Source: the human T2T-CHM13v2.0 reference genome, Homo sapiens. Taken from it: a stretch of DNA of 64,000 nt. The notes under the pieces are model-generated. The model was not told the origin of the DNA. It made no database searches and worked only from the letters and a program-made list of their open reading frames with translations. Below, one piece after another: positions 25,050-40,690 of this stretch (positions within the stretch are counted from its first letter, which is position 1; each line of letters opens with the position of its first letter). The stretch is taken from NCBI RefSeq assembly GCF_009914755.1, contig NC_060936.1; one strand, given 5' to 3'. Made by a program: the position numbers and the translations under genes.

Positions 25050-25440
25050 TTTGACTACCTTAGTCATGACATAAGCTCCTATAAAAAGCAACCTCCAAAT
25101 CTTAGCTACTTAACACCCAGTTTAGATGTTTCTAACTGGATGACTCTGCAGTAGCTCTCTTCCAAGCAGTGACTCATGATCCAGGCTACTCCCATCTTGT
25201 GGCTCCATTATATTGAGATTTTAGTCACCCTAGCATTACCCAACACCAGACAGGAGAAACACAATGAGAATGGAGGATTACATATGGAAATTTCTTTCTC
25301 AGCCATGCTGTAAAGTGGCTTATATTATTTCTCTATATATTCCATTCACTATAACCCATCAAATGGCCCAACGAACTGCAAGTAATGATTTACTGGGGAA
25401 AATACCTGTGAAAGATAAAGTAAGTAAGGCTGGGAAATGT
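25050..25440 (-). mobile_element. MLT1J-like LTR, truncated
   Basis: 'gcagtgactcatgatccaggctactcccatcttgtggctcc...aactgcaag...ggctgggaaatgt'. Confidence 0.55.
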
Positions 25441-26085
25441 CATTTCTTCATTGTGTGAACATCACAGAGTGCACTTACACAAAGCTAGATGGTATAGCCT
25501 ACTACACACCCAGATTATATGTTATAGCCTATTGCTCCTAGGCTACAAACCCGTACAGCATGTTACTGTACTGAATACGGTAGGTGATTGTAATACAATG
25601 GTAAGTATTTGTGTATCTAAATATAGAAAGGGCACAGTGAAGAAATTACAGTGTAAAAGATAAAAATTGCACACCTATACAGGGCAGTTACCATGAATGG
25701 AGCTTACAGACCTGGAAATTGCTCTGGGTGAGTCAATGAGTGGGTGGTGAGTAAATGTGAAGACCTACAGCATTACTGTACACTACTGCAGACTTTATAA
25801 ACACTGCACATTTAGGCTACACTAAATTTATTTTAAAAACTCTTTTCTTTTTCAATAATAATTTTAGCTATTGTATGTAGCTTTTTTACTTTATAAACTT
25901 TAAAAAATCTTTTTGGTTAAAAACTAAGTCACAAACACACACACATTAGCCTAGGTCTATACGAGGTCAGGATCATCAAGACATGTAGGCGATAGCAATT
26001 TTTCAGCTTCATTATAATCTTATGGGACTACTGGCATATACGCAGTTCATCATTAGCCAAAACATCGTTATGCAGTGCATGACTG
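25441..26085. mobile_element. Tigger3-family DNA transposon, left end missing
   Basis: 'gaacatcacagagtgcacttacacaaagctagatggtatagcctactacaca'; right terminus 'cgttatgcagtgcatgactg' followed by TA. Confidence 0.88.
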
Positions 26086-26784
26086 TATGTCCTATATTTA
26101 TTTTTCATAAGTATTAAAAGCTCTAATTTCCCCTTAAACACAGTTGTAGCTGCCTCCCACAAATTTTACTATGTTGTCTTTTCATTGTCATTCAGTTCAA
26201 AATATTTTCCTCGTGGTTTATTCTTTGACTTACAGATTATTTAGAAGTGTGTTGTTTAATTTTTACATATTTAAAATTTTCTTACACATTCAACTAATTT
26301 CTAATTTAGTTGCAGTTTCTTCAGAGAACATACTCCCTATGATTTCAATTGAGACTTATTTTATGGCTCAGAATATAGTCTACCCTCAAGAACTCACCAT
26401 GCACTCTTGAAAAAAGTTTATTTTGCAATTTTGCACTTGTTTGGTATAGTGTTCTATGTATAATAATTAGGTCAAGACTGCTGAAAGTATTGTTCAGAAC
26501 TTCTCTGATTTTTGTTTGAGTGTTCTATTAATTGCCATGGGGGAGATATAAAAATCTTCAACTATAATTGTGGTATTATCTATTTTTCTGTTTAATTCTG
26601 TCAATTTTTGCTTCTTGTATTTTGAAGTTTTTTATTAGGCACATATGCATTGGTGATTGCTAGGTTTTCCAGATGCTTTGTCTTTTATCAGTATGAAATG
26701 TCCATCTAACTTTTCATAAAGGAATTGTAAAATACAAAATCTATTTCATCTGCTGTTAATAAAACTACTCCATCCTTTTAAAAA

Positions 26785-28127
<1,343 letters not shown>

Positions 28128-28800
28128 TCTGCTTTTTTTTATACCAGCCATCCTAATGGGTGTAAAGAGCTACCATGCCTGGCCTCTGCTTTTTTTAATA
28201 CTAGCCATCCCATTATGGGCTTTCCATCCTTCTTATCTATACTGTTTGCATGCTATACTTTTTCCATCTAGTTACATTCAAACTTTGTCTTTATATTTAA
28301 AGTGTATCTCTTAAAAACAGCCTACACTTGAGTCTTGTTTTTTTTCCTCACATTCTGATAACATCTGCATTTCACTGGGTATATTAGGTCTAGTAATGGT
28401 TGGGTGTGGTTTTTACCCACCCAACCAATAAAAACATTTATTCTTTATTTTATATTTATTTCCTCTTTTAAAATTCTATTAGTACTCTTTATCTGTATTT
28501 TTAAATTATTTGAATATTTTTAGAAACTTTAAAAATGTTCCCATTGGCTTTTTAGGTATACTTTGCCTTTTCGGCTGTTCTATGGATAAAATATGTATCT
28601 TAATATTTTCACAGACCAAATAACAATTAATATTACAGCATTTCACATAAAATATAGAATCCTGCCAGCCTATAGATACATACCCTGTCCTCATCCTTTA
28701 TGCTACATCTACCTTCATTATCAACATTGTCATTATTCACTCTCAACAATTTATTATCAACATTGTCACAAGACACTGTTATAATTTTGGCATTAAACAC

Positions 28801-29385
28801 TGTGTGGTAAAGAATTAATCTTGCTCAAAGGGAGGTCTGCCCTGTGCCCTTGACTTCTGGAAGGTAATCTTGAAGCCCTTGGAATGTCCTGCCTGATAAG
28901 AGTGTCTGTTTACCTGAGGGCTTTAAGCCACATCAAATATAGCAATGTAATGTATAGTGGAAATTTTGGGTCCTATGGTGTCAGCTCAACTACTGGAGGG
29001 GCTGGAAACTAAGATCAGCCGTGTGGATGGTCCATCATGTCTATGTGACACAGCCATGATAAAATCTTGAACAAGATTCAGGTGAGTTTCCCCACTTGGC
29101 ACTACTCTATATATCTTGTTATACATCATTTCCATGAACACTGAGAAAGGACAACTGGAAGCTCCATCCATGGAATTCTCTTGGACTCTACCCATGTGTC
29201 TCTGTCTCTTTCCTCAGCTGATTGTAATCTGTAATAAACCATAACCATGAGTATAGCTGCTTTCAGTGAGTTCTGTGAGTCTTTCTAGAGAATTATTGAA
29301 TCTGAGGGTGGTCTTGGAGACCTCAGACTTCTAGTTGGTATCAGAAGTGAGGGTGGTCTTGTGGACTACCCTTTAAACTCTTACA
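28801..29385 (+). mobile_element. MER21-like ERV LTR
   Basis: 'ggtaaagaattaatcttgctcaaagggaggtctg...cccttggaatgtcctgcctgataagagtgtct'; AATAAA near 29233. Confidence 0.75.
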
Positions 29386-30150
29386 TACTCATATGTATGG
29401 TAAAGAAATTAAGGGGATTTAAAAAATTATAGTCTTTGAATTTACCCAAATATTTTCATTTCTGATACTCTTTTTTTGAGGATTTCTGTGTCCATTTGGA
29501 ATTATTTCCCTTCCACTAAATAACTTCTTTTGGCATTTTCTTTAAGTGCAGGCCTATTGATGATACATTCTTTTAGTTTTCCTTTATGTGAGAATCTTTA
29601 TTTCACCTTCATTCTTGAAGAATTTTTTTCACTAGATACAGAATTCTAGGTTGACAATTTTTTGTTTTTTGTTTTTCTTTTGGCACTTAAAAAATGTTTT
29701 TACACTCTTTTCTGGTCTCCATAATTTGTGATGAGAAGCAATTTGCAAATTAAATGATTGTTCCCTTATATGTAATCTATCATTTTCTCATTTTCTCAAG
29801 TTTTGCTCTTTATATTCAGCTTTCAAAAGTTTATGATGTTCCCAAGCAAAGCCAGAATCTTTATGTTTGTCCTGCTTAGTGTTTCTTGATCATATTTAAT
29901 ATTTTTATGCTTCATAAAATTTGGAAAATTTTGATTGTTATTTTTTACATTTTTTTTCCTTGCCCAATTCTCTCTCCTCTTTCCTTGTGGAATTCCAATT
30001 ATACGTATGTTGGACTATTTTATATAATCTACAAGATCCTTGAGGTTCTGTTCATTTTCTTAATTTTTTCTCTGATATTCACTTTAAATAATTTTATTGG
30101 TCTATCCTCATGTTCACTTGCCCTTTTCTCTGTCATTGCTACTTTGTTTT

Positions 30151-30686
30151 TGTAGGGGAAGAAAAATATATATATTTTTCTCGACCCTCATAAATTTTCA
30201 GTTACAGACTTCTGTAAAAAAAAGACACTTTAACAACAGAAAAACGGAAGTTTATTAACATGGATATTTCATATATACATGAGAGATACCCAGAGAATGA
30301 GTAATTCTCAAAGAGGTGGCTTTGAATTTCAGCTTATATAGCATCGTCAACAAAGAAGAGTAAATTTTTAGAGGAATGACAAGAAAATGAAAAGAGTTTT
30401 GAATCTCTAGGGCCATTAAATTGTGAGAAGGCATATAAATTATATAAATATAGATTTCTTTGGTGTTATCTCCAGGTCTACAAGGGTCTAAAGTTAACTT
30501 TTGTTCTCCCTGGCAGAGAAGGGAGGTGGGATATCTTTTGGTTTTATTAATTTGTGTTCAGCTTTTAGGCAAATGAGGGGTAAACACAAGAGTTTTCCTG
30601 CATCTGCTTCTTTTTAATTGCCATCAGTGCAACAGTCACTATGCCAAAGAGGTATATTTTGGGGTGACATATTCTGGCCTCTCACA
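30151..30686 (-). mobile_element. MER34-like ERV1 LTR
   Basis: TGTAGGGGAAGAAAAAT...GGGGTGACATATTCTGG..CA. Family assigned from memory. Confidence 0.65.
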
Positions 30687-32295
30687 CTCTTAAATCTATC
30701 TGACAGTTTTAAAATTTCAGTTATATTTTTCAATTTTAGAATTTATATTTGTTTTCTTTTTACTTGCTCAATTTCCCTGCTGAAGTTTCCTACCTTTCAC
30801 TCATTATAAGCATTTTTTTTTTTTTACTTTATTGCAGGGTCATAATAATGGCTTTAAAATCCTTGTCTGATCAGTCCAATATTTGGATTATTTGATAGTT
30901 AGATTTATTTAATTTTTTCTTACGAGTATGTCCCATTTTCCATGTTCTTTATTGTCAAGTAATGTTGATGTACCCAGAGTATTATGAATGTTAAGTTGTG
31001 GAACTTGGATTCTGATGCTTTTCTCTGATAACTGTTAGCTAGTTTTAGCAAGCAATTTTACTTGGTTTGAAATGAAAACTCAATTTCTTATGTAGCATCT
31101 CCAAATGCAGTTCATATCTTTTGTCTTTAGCAGAGCTATTTTGAGCCTACTTGACACATGTGGTTCAAGAGTTATTGAAAATAAAAGCAGATAGAATTTG
31201 GAGATCTTCTCTCTGATCCTTTTCCTTACAGGCTATTCCTCTGTAGTGACTGTGGTCTCCTCAGATTAAGTCTTCTGGGTCCCTGGGACAAAAAGACTGC
31301 AGTTTTTCCCCCACCAGTGTCCCAGTGTTACTCAATCCCCACTGACTGCACCTTATCCCAGGCTAAAAGGACAAACATAGAAACTCACTCTATCAGCTCC
31401 TTTCCCAGGAGGATGAACTACTTATAAGAATTTGCTTGTATCACTTCACTCTCTAGTGACTTCAGCTAGCTACTTTTTACATTATGTCCAGAGTTTATAG
31501 CTATTATCTGCATACAGATCAATATCTTACACAGCAATTACCCCATATTTTCTTTATAACCATCTTTTAACTAGTAAATTGGAATTTTGTCTGTGTGGGA
31601 GGCATCCCATGACTATCTGCAGGGATCTCAGTTTCACAGATATTGATTACTGTAAGCTAAGTGACAATGATGATTCACATTTAAATTCTTATTAAATTTA
31701 ATGCAAATTGATACAAATTACATACCCACATATAAGATAATGGTATACTAGCTATGACTTACAACTAGAATATAACTAAGTTATAGCTTTTGAAATGAAA
31801 TTAATTGAGCCTAAGGAATAATTCTATTAGGCATTGATATTTATTTAATTTTAAGAGAATATTTATATTTAAGCAGTACCTGAAAAGTTACTTCATTTTC
31901 ACAAGATTCTAAGAGTATAACGTTGTCATTTGGTACATCAGTGCCTTGGGCCTATCTTGCCCTATTATTTTTAACAAGAGTAGGGATGGAAACTGTGAGA
32001 TAATTGTCTGTTGCAATGACTAGCTATGCTGTTTTGGAGAGGAAGTCCAATGATAGATAAATCTAGTTAACGCAGACACTAACTCAAAAAGCTTGCTGCA
32101 AGTGTCATCGTTTATAAATAAATCTCATAAATCTGACCTTGGCCAAGTTATTCAAGACAGGGTTCTTTTCCTCAGTTTCTTCACCTATGACAAATGGATA
32201 GGCTTGTGGGGCTGTGGCTAAAACAGATGAAATAAGTAATGAAAAGCAGTTGGCATAGTGTTCAGCCAGTTTAAATATCTGTGGCAATAACTATT

Positions 32296-32851
32296 TGGTG
32301 GCTTTGCAATGTGTCAACAATCACCTCAACTGAAATACATTTCCCAGAATTCCCTTTCCTGCACACTTCCAGTGGGGTCAGGCCACAGAGAGATTTGAGT
32401 GGCATATCAGGCAGAGTGAGGCAGCAGTCATCTGTAGTTCGCATTCATTGCCATCCATTTGCTAGCTCACCCTGCTGGCACAAGGCAGCTGATGGGCCTA
32501 TAACTGACCACCATTTCCTGGAGATTTCTGCAGCTTGCCTGACTCCTGGGCCATTTGTGTGTGTTTTGTTCCATGATGAAAGGCCACCACTTCTGCAGGA
32601 CAGCCATATCATACAGGTCAGAGGAAACGAGATGATGTAGGTCTCAGGCTGCCCTTTTGGGTTCAAGCTTCTACTGTGGGTTCCAGTCTATCCTTGCTCT
32701 CCTAACTTTCCATCCATCTCCCCTTCCTGCCAGCCCGTTCTGTGGCTTCAAGATCCAGTGTCAGATGGAAAAGCAACAGCCTTGCAGAGACTGTTGAGCC
32801 AGATCCCACAATCGCATAAAGTCAAGTACTTGGGACCAATTGCTCCTTTTC

Positions 32852-32893
<42 letters not shown>

Positions 32894-32920
32894 CTGCTTC
32901 TCTGATGGAATGCTGATACA
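32296..32920. mobile_element. ERVL LTR (LTR41-like) containing a (CA)n repeat
   Basis: 'ggctttgcaatgtgtcaac...catttcccagaattccc...tttctgcttctctgat...gataca'. Confidence 0.6.
32853..32889. repeat. (AC)18 microsatellite
   Basis: Perfect dinucleotide run. Confidence 0.95.
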
Positions 32921-33053
32921 AACAATAATTGAGAGTAATTCAGTTGGTAATACTCTAATTAAACATCAAAAACCCTCCTTTAATGGCTGGTAAACACAAA
33001 TGACTCTTAATATGGCACCTTGGTGCTCTAGAATGCATCACGGTATGTTGCTA

Positions 33054-33665
<612 letters not shown>

Positions 33666-34424
33666 TGCTTTCTGATGCCAGGGGTTACTGTGAAAGTCCA
33701 CAATGAGTGAGAGCAAACGAACATCACTGAAAATGAACTGGGTAACTGCTTAATTAGAAAAGTTGCAGGCATGGCTGGGTGTGCATTCCTTGAAATTAAA
33801 ATTGACTGGGACGTGTTAATAACTTTTCACCCTTCTCAATTTAAAAGATCATATTTTCTTTCAACAATTTTTGTTTTTATTTTGTTTTGTTTTGCCTTCC
33901 TTTTCCATTATTCCTTTTCTTTTTCCACTGTCACTCTCAGCTTCCAGCCTTCTTCTTTTTTGATCTTTTTCTTCCAGCACTCTGAGCTGGAAATATTTTA
34001 GGAGCAGCTTGTTACATGATATTTCACTAAAAATAATACAAGTCAAGTTATTGGCAAAAGAGTTAGCCTTGGAGAAACAGTTGTTCAGAACCTGGAAAGC
34101 GGTGTGGTAGATCTGTCCCGGCTTTTCAAACAGGATAAATCTCTGAGACTTTGTGTCTGGTTGTGAGGGTGTCCAGACTAATAGAGATGAATGATCATGC
34201 GACTCCTCAGTGGGCTCAGCTGCCTTGAAAGGGTGAGGCCTTGCCGGACAAACATTTTGGGACAAATGGGTCTTATGGATTTGTGGAAGTGATATGGCCA
34301 CTTTACCAATTTACTCTCCTCTGCTGATTTAAAAGTTTGACCTCCTCAAGCCTCTGTTCTCTCCTCCTGTTATTCTACATCTCTCTTACTCGCCCACACC
34401 CATTCGATTCCTGCGTACTGTCTA

Positions 34425-34660
34425 GAAGCCTAGCAGTTCAGCATGTGGACTCTGGAGCCAGACTCTCCGGGTTTGAATCCTGGCTCTGTACTCCTACCCG
34501 GGTGATTTTAAGAATTCTGGGCCTCAGCTTTCTTGTAGGTAAGTAAGTCTAACAACCGTACTTGCCTCAGAGGGTTGTTAGGAAGATTAAATGATTTAGT
34601 ATTGATAAAGTGCTTAGACAGTGACTGGTAAAAGTGAGTGTTTCCAAGTCAGTTTGTTAA
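34425..34660 (+). mobile_element. MIR
   Basis: 'ggactctggagccagactctccgggtttgaatcctggctctg...aaagtgcttaga'. Confidence 0.85.
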
Positions 34661-34679
34661 ATAAACTTGCAAATCTATC

Positions 34680-35560
34680 TAGTTTAGACTTTTCCTCTGT
34701 ATTCCAGACCCACATGTCAACTCCTTATCTCTGCTTGGATATGAGACTAACAACATTTCCAGAATTCAGTCTTTAAAAGACATCCTTTGCTTTTGATGTG
34801 CCCTATGTTGGGGATCCCCTCCCCTCTATCCATCCTGTCTAGAAACATGGGGGTCACTTTCACCTCACTCTACCTCACTCTATCCATTGTATTCTTGACT
34901 CTGCCTCCTAAATATCTTCCAAATCCTTCTATTGCTGTCCATTAACTTTGCCATCCCTAGTGGGCCAAGCCACCACCATCTGGTTTCGGACCATAGCAAT
35001 GAGCACCCAAATAGTCTCCATGTACCTGTGATTATACCTCTCCAGTTGATTCCTCTAACTGTGGAAAAGGATAACTTTCAAAATGAAATGCAGTGGCATG
35101 CATTTTAAAAGCTCTCCCACTAATGTGCGTTGTTCTTGGTTTATAAAGCTTCAGATTATTATGCTTCAAGGAGTAGTGTTCTGCCTCTGCTTCCCTCTCC
35201 ACTTCCATTCCTCAATCCCACTCCACCTAGGACCTTCAGCAACATAGTTCCCTCTGCTTAGAATATCACTGCTGTCCCTTCCTGCCGTTAGTCCTGCCCC
35301 TCACTCGCCCCACCCATCAATTTCACTCTCCCTTCAAGATGCAATCCAGTGTCACTCCTTTCACCCGTTTGGTATCCTAGTTGGACATTTCAATCACACT
35401 CTTGCTTATCCTTTGTGTCACTTATTACAATCCTAATTTAATATTTTAAATTTAATTTCTGTCTTCCTACTAGACTCCCCACTTGGCAAAGACTTTATAT
35501 CACCCAATGCTGTATTTCCAGCACACAGAATGAGCCCAATGAATAGCTGTTTAATGAATG
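34680..35560 (+). mobile_element. L2 3' region
   Basis: Diverged L2 body ending in a 'gtttaatgaatgag' tail. Confidence 0.7.
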
Positions 35561-37171
35561 AGCAAGTATGTGTATGGCTTTACTCATGTTGTTATACGTT
35601 TGATCACTGTTAATGAGCACAGAAAAAAAAAATCAAGCACCTTCTCCCACACTGACGCCACATCCATTAAGAAAAAGAAGGATCCTGGGTTCATGGATCC
35701 CAAATTTCTACAAATGTAATGTCTACATTTTTTAAAAAGGATTTTATTTCAAATTACCTTCCACAGTTTGGAACCACACTTGATATCCCTGAAAACATTT
35801 ATTTGCCTTAAATGCACATTCTCAATGCATTTTGCGTAACTTAAAAAGTTCTATTTCTATACAATTTTTTTTCCCAAGGTATGCCTCTATTCCTATCTAT
35901 GACAAGCTTGAAGAACAATTCAATCTCATTATGACCTTTTATTTCAACTTTGTCCCTCAGTGCCTATAATGAGCCACAAATGTTGAAATAGATCATTCTT
36001 TTCATCATTCCTCAGTGGCCCAATTACCAGGAAAGCACAATACCCCAAGAAAAAATAAAGGAGAATGAAAGCCTGCTCAAAGGACGCATTTACATTCTTA
36101 AGGATTTCTAGCTTTTTTGATGAAATAAATTACAATGAATGAATCAGAAACTTTATCAGACCTTCATTTCAGGAGAGCCACATGAAAAGGAAGCTGAAGT
36201 TCTTTACTTATCCAATAGTCAGTTATAAGGCTATGAATATTCTATAATATTTTATGTCTTCTAATGTAAATGGTAATATAATTGAAGAACAATTATATTA
36301 ACTATCAGTTATAAATTGGAAAAATTTTAAAAATAGAAAATAAAAAATCTGAATATAATTGTTTAGCTCTAATACACAATTATTTGATTTGTTTTTGGAT
36401 CCTTGAATTTTAAAACATGTTTGTGTTACCCTCTTGATTCTCTTATGCAGATTACAGCTGCATTTTCTTCTGTCTGTTGGCTGTAGAAATGATACAATAG
36501 AAAGCGCTTTTTCTTTATAGACTGGTTGCATGTCTCTGCTTTGCTTAATCCCTAAAACTCTTTCAGGGATTTAAAACTGCATGTAAAAATGTTTCCATCA
36601 TGCTTGCTGAGTTGAACTAGGTTAATGAGGTTGGGGGACTATCCAGGAGAGTACATGGATTGCTCAAGAGGGTCATTTAACTTTGTTTTCAGAGGGGGTC
36701 ATGAGAGTCTTGGATGTTCTGAACTTAAACATGCATTTTAGGTGTTTTATTCCTTTTCTTCATTATTAATTTAGGCTTTATTTCTCCTGAATCTTTTGAA
36801 TTAATTATATTTTTTAGAGGTATAGCCTCTTGATGGTAGAGAATTCTACAAAAATATTGCTTTTTACATGAAATAGCAATTCTCACTGCTAAAATACCTT
36901 TCAGAATTTTAAAGGTGGTATTCTCATTTTAATATCTAAGGATTTGACTTTCATTCATACAAAATTGTGTACAGTTTTAAAGACTTCCATTAGGTGCTCT
37001 CTCAGCCTTCATCTTTCCTAACTAAAGATTTCTAGTCTTGTCATCCTGACAACTCAAGGCTCAGTGACCTTCCCTAGAATAGTGGATATTCATTAGTTTT
37101 TGGCTTATCAAAATCTAATTCATTCCCAATTCCCAGTTGTTCAATGGGGATCCACCACTTGCCACTCTCAC

Positions 37172-37437
37172 TATATATACACACACTATACACCAGGAAA
37201 TCTATTTTATATATATATATTAAAAATATATATAGCATATTATATATAATATAGAGTGTATATATAATATATAGTGTATATATAACATATATAATAGTGT
37301 ATAATAGTATTTGTGTATATATATACATATATGTATACATATATACATATATTTGTATATACATATATACACATATACAAATGTATATACAAATGTATAT
37401 ACAAATATATGTGTGTATATATATATATACACACACA
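37172..37437. repeat. Compound (TA)n/(TACA)n/(TATG)n low-complexity repeat
   Basis: Direct reading. Confidence 0.93.
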
Positions 37438-38889
37438 GTGTAGCTGTCATCAACCCTGGCCTAGGGATGGTATCTAAGTCATGTGTGGCCACACAAGGTC
37501 TCATATTTCCCTGTCTGTAGTGATTTGTTTAGAGGCAGACTTGTGACCAAATCAGTGCCATTGAGATGCTATGAAATATTTCTTAGAACTCTTGGATAAG
37601 AGAATGGCATGCTTTGGGGGGATATATTTAAACACGAGACAATGCGCGTTCTGAGGCTGTTGTAGATATCTATCACAAGGGGACATTTTTTTGAGGATGA
37701 AACTCATTGTAATTAAACAGTAGCCTTTTACAACCCTAGGAGAAAGTGAAGCCTGAGACCTTAATATGTTATTAATGTTCTGTAATAATCAATTCTCAGT
37801 CTCTGAAGGATGATGTTAATGATTTGAAATATCTGAGGGCCCCAAAAATAAAATAAATACACAATGGGAAAACCCCAAGTTTTGAGGGCTGTGGAGCCAA
37901 GTCCCATCATTGGCTATACAAATGAATTATAGTTAGGGGAAGAAAAGCAGATGCATGGGTTAGCTGAGGTTTCATGGGGCCACAGGGCACAATGGTTCAT
38001 TCAATAATTAAACTAATTTTCCCCACATTCAATTAACAAAACAATACATGGTTATAACATATTACATACCAAAGTTGAACAGTAGTCAAGTAAAACATGA
38101 TAGGATTTTCATAGATCAAAGGATCCACCAGTGAATTACAGCAAAATATTCTAATTTCCCTAGCTGATACAAACTCTGGCTTGGTCAATGAGTCCATTAT
38201 CTTTATTTTTTGCAGAGTTGTAACAGAGTAGTGTAGTAAAGAAGGAATTAAGCCCAGCCTGAGTCCCATAGCTACTGAGCTGTATGCCAAGGCAATCTTT
38301 ATCTCAGTGTCCTCATCTTTAAAATGGAAGGGTAGATAAATAGCCTTCAAAATCCTTTTAATGTTTTGTTTTTGGTCTATTTCTTTTCAAACATTTTATA
38401 CTTAGCCCAAATCCTTACCAATACATTTTAATTATTAATCTTACAAATAAATGAATGATTCTCAGAATGGAAGGGAGAACATATCATAGACCAAAAGTGG
38501 GTATTTATCAAACTCTTATGCCTACTTACACTGCCTGTCTAGGATGTCTCGGTTTTAGGAAACAGAGGAATATTATCTTGAGAAAGCTCCAAGTGGTCCC
38601 CAATGTATACACACCTACCTCTGTTTACAATTACTATACTAAATCAGCAACTTCTTTCCATTCAAGGCTTGAGATTCATTTGAATCTCAAATTGAATCAC
38701 CAAATACATCATAATTGGATAAGAATTATCATTCATACTACCATTAATTAATTAATTTTGCCTTTAGTGAAATATTCCAAGGCAGAATGTTTGGGACTGT
38801 TTTACTGACTGCTTTTTCTTGAGATCTAATTCATTCGACATTTTCCTATGGAGTAAACTACAGGCAAAACTAATTAATATTATTAATAA

Positions 38890-39140
38890 TGATATGACAA
38901 TAATGACATTTATTGAGTACATACCAAGCAACATTCATTTTACTAAGTTTTTACAGTGGATTATCTCATTCAGTCCTCTCAAAAATGCTTTGAGGTAGGT
39001 GCTAACATGTCCAAATTTTAAAATGGAAAAGCTGAGATTTAGATTTAAAAGCTTGCCCAAAGTTATACAGCTGTAAAGTGGCTAAGCTGGGATTTGAATT
39101 CAGGTCTGCCTGACAGCTAAATCTGTTCTCATTATTACTA
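38890..39140 (-). mobile_element. MIR
   Basis: 'catttattgagtac...tgaggtagg...gggatttgaattcaggtctgcctgac'. Confidence 0.8.
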
Positions 39141-40559
39141 TTGCTTCTATAATCACTAATTACATTAATTTAGTGTCTACTATCTTCTATGTGCCAGATA
39201 AGTGTTAAGTGACTTATATTCATTATCTCACACTGAACCACAACCCCACAAGGGAGTTTATTATTCTTACAGAGTTGCAAGGCAGAAGAATTTGAAGTTT
39301 TTGGATTATTGCATGCTATAAGTAGGTTTCTTTCATACATTTATGAAACTGGTGTCTTGCTACATGTATACATATGAATGTCAGCCATCAAAGAAAATGG
39401 TAGCTTAGGATGAATGCTGTAGAATGGCCCTGTCTACTGAAGGCCAAATGTATCAGAATGAATCTATTCCATGTAGACAAATGAAATTTTTTTATAAACC
39501 TTCTGATTATTTGTAATCAGAGCCAGGAAAGAGACAGTGGTTTATGACCCAGAACTAATGAGGCTTGAAATACTTTTTCAATAGTTAAAAAATATATAGT
39601 GATATTCTTTAAAAAGTTAATATTCTTGTTGTATCACTTTTAAAAGAATTATAATATCAATATCATTAGGTTTTAACTTTTATATTTTCTGGTTTTCTAC
39701 ATAAAAGTACTCTTGTATAGTCTTATTATGTTTCTAGACATAACAACTATTTCAATTCTGCTTAACAGAGATTTCTAGCCAATAAAGGGTGCCAGACATG
39801 AGTCTGATCCCAGGGAATCGCTGTGGATTAAGACTCAGTCTCTGGTCTGGAGGAGTTTACCCCAGAACCCTCTGTCCATTTTTAAACACTTCCCGTCTGG
39901 GGCCAAGATTCCTCTATCTCCAGTCACCTTGCATGCTGACTGGCTGCATAACAACTATTTTAAACTTAGTCTTTGGAAGGAGTTTAACCTTCATTTAGTA
40001 GAAGGAGATAATACTTTGTTTTCCTCTGGCTTTGATATGTATCTTCCATAGTTAGAATTCCTATTAATGTTTTAGGTTCTGCTTCGCCAGAGTGAAAACA
40101 AGGGCCTGTCTTCAAGCAGGTTAAGACCTAATGATACACTAAGTGTTTAAAAGAATTCTTTTCTTTAAAACCTCTCAAAAATGAAGCAAAGTGAGGGCTG
40201 GGAAACAACAGGCACACAAGGGACTTGATAATGATCTTGAAATTTGTGAAGGGTTATTGTACAAATGAGGATTCAGAAGCAGTGATATTTTTCAACTGAT
40301 AGTCCAACAAATAGTAAGTAAAACATTAAAAACAAAAAGTAAAAGGCCTTTTATTTCAGCAGAATTCCAGAATTTGTAAAATTATAAGGCTCAGGAAATT
40401 TGAAAGATGCTGATACCTAAAGGAAGCTGAGACACAACTTTAAAAAATATTTCACTATGTGCATACAGCTTTCTGGAGAAACGGAACCGACCCATTTCTG
40501 AGGTCCCTCTATGGCAGCCTGTGCAAGGCACACAAACACCCCAAGATATTTTCTTATGG

Positions 40560-40690
40560 CCTGTATTTTATAAAAGAGAAAACAGAGACTCAAAGATATT
40601 AACTTGTCCAAAGTCATGCAACTAGTGAGTGGCAGAATAGGAATTCAAACCCAGCTTTGACTCCAGAGCCTGCACTCTTCCCATTAGATC
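40560..40690 (-). mobile_element. MIR fragment
   Basis: 'aacttgtccaaagtcatgcaactagtgagtggcaga...tgactccagagcc'. Confidence 0.8.

Noticed and set aside
37074-37520. Tyr/Ile-rich ORFs
   Set aside because: Translations of the TA-rich microsatellite.
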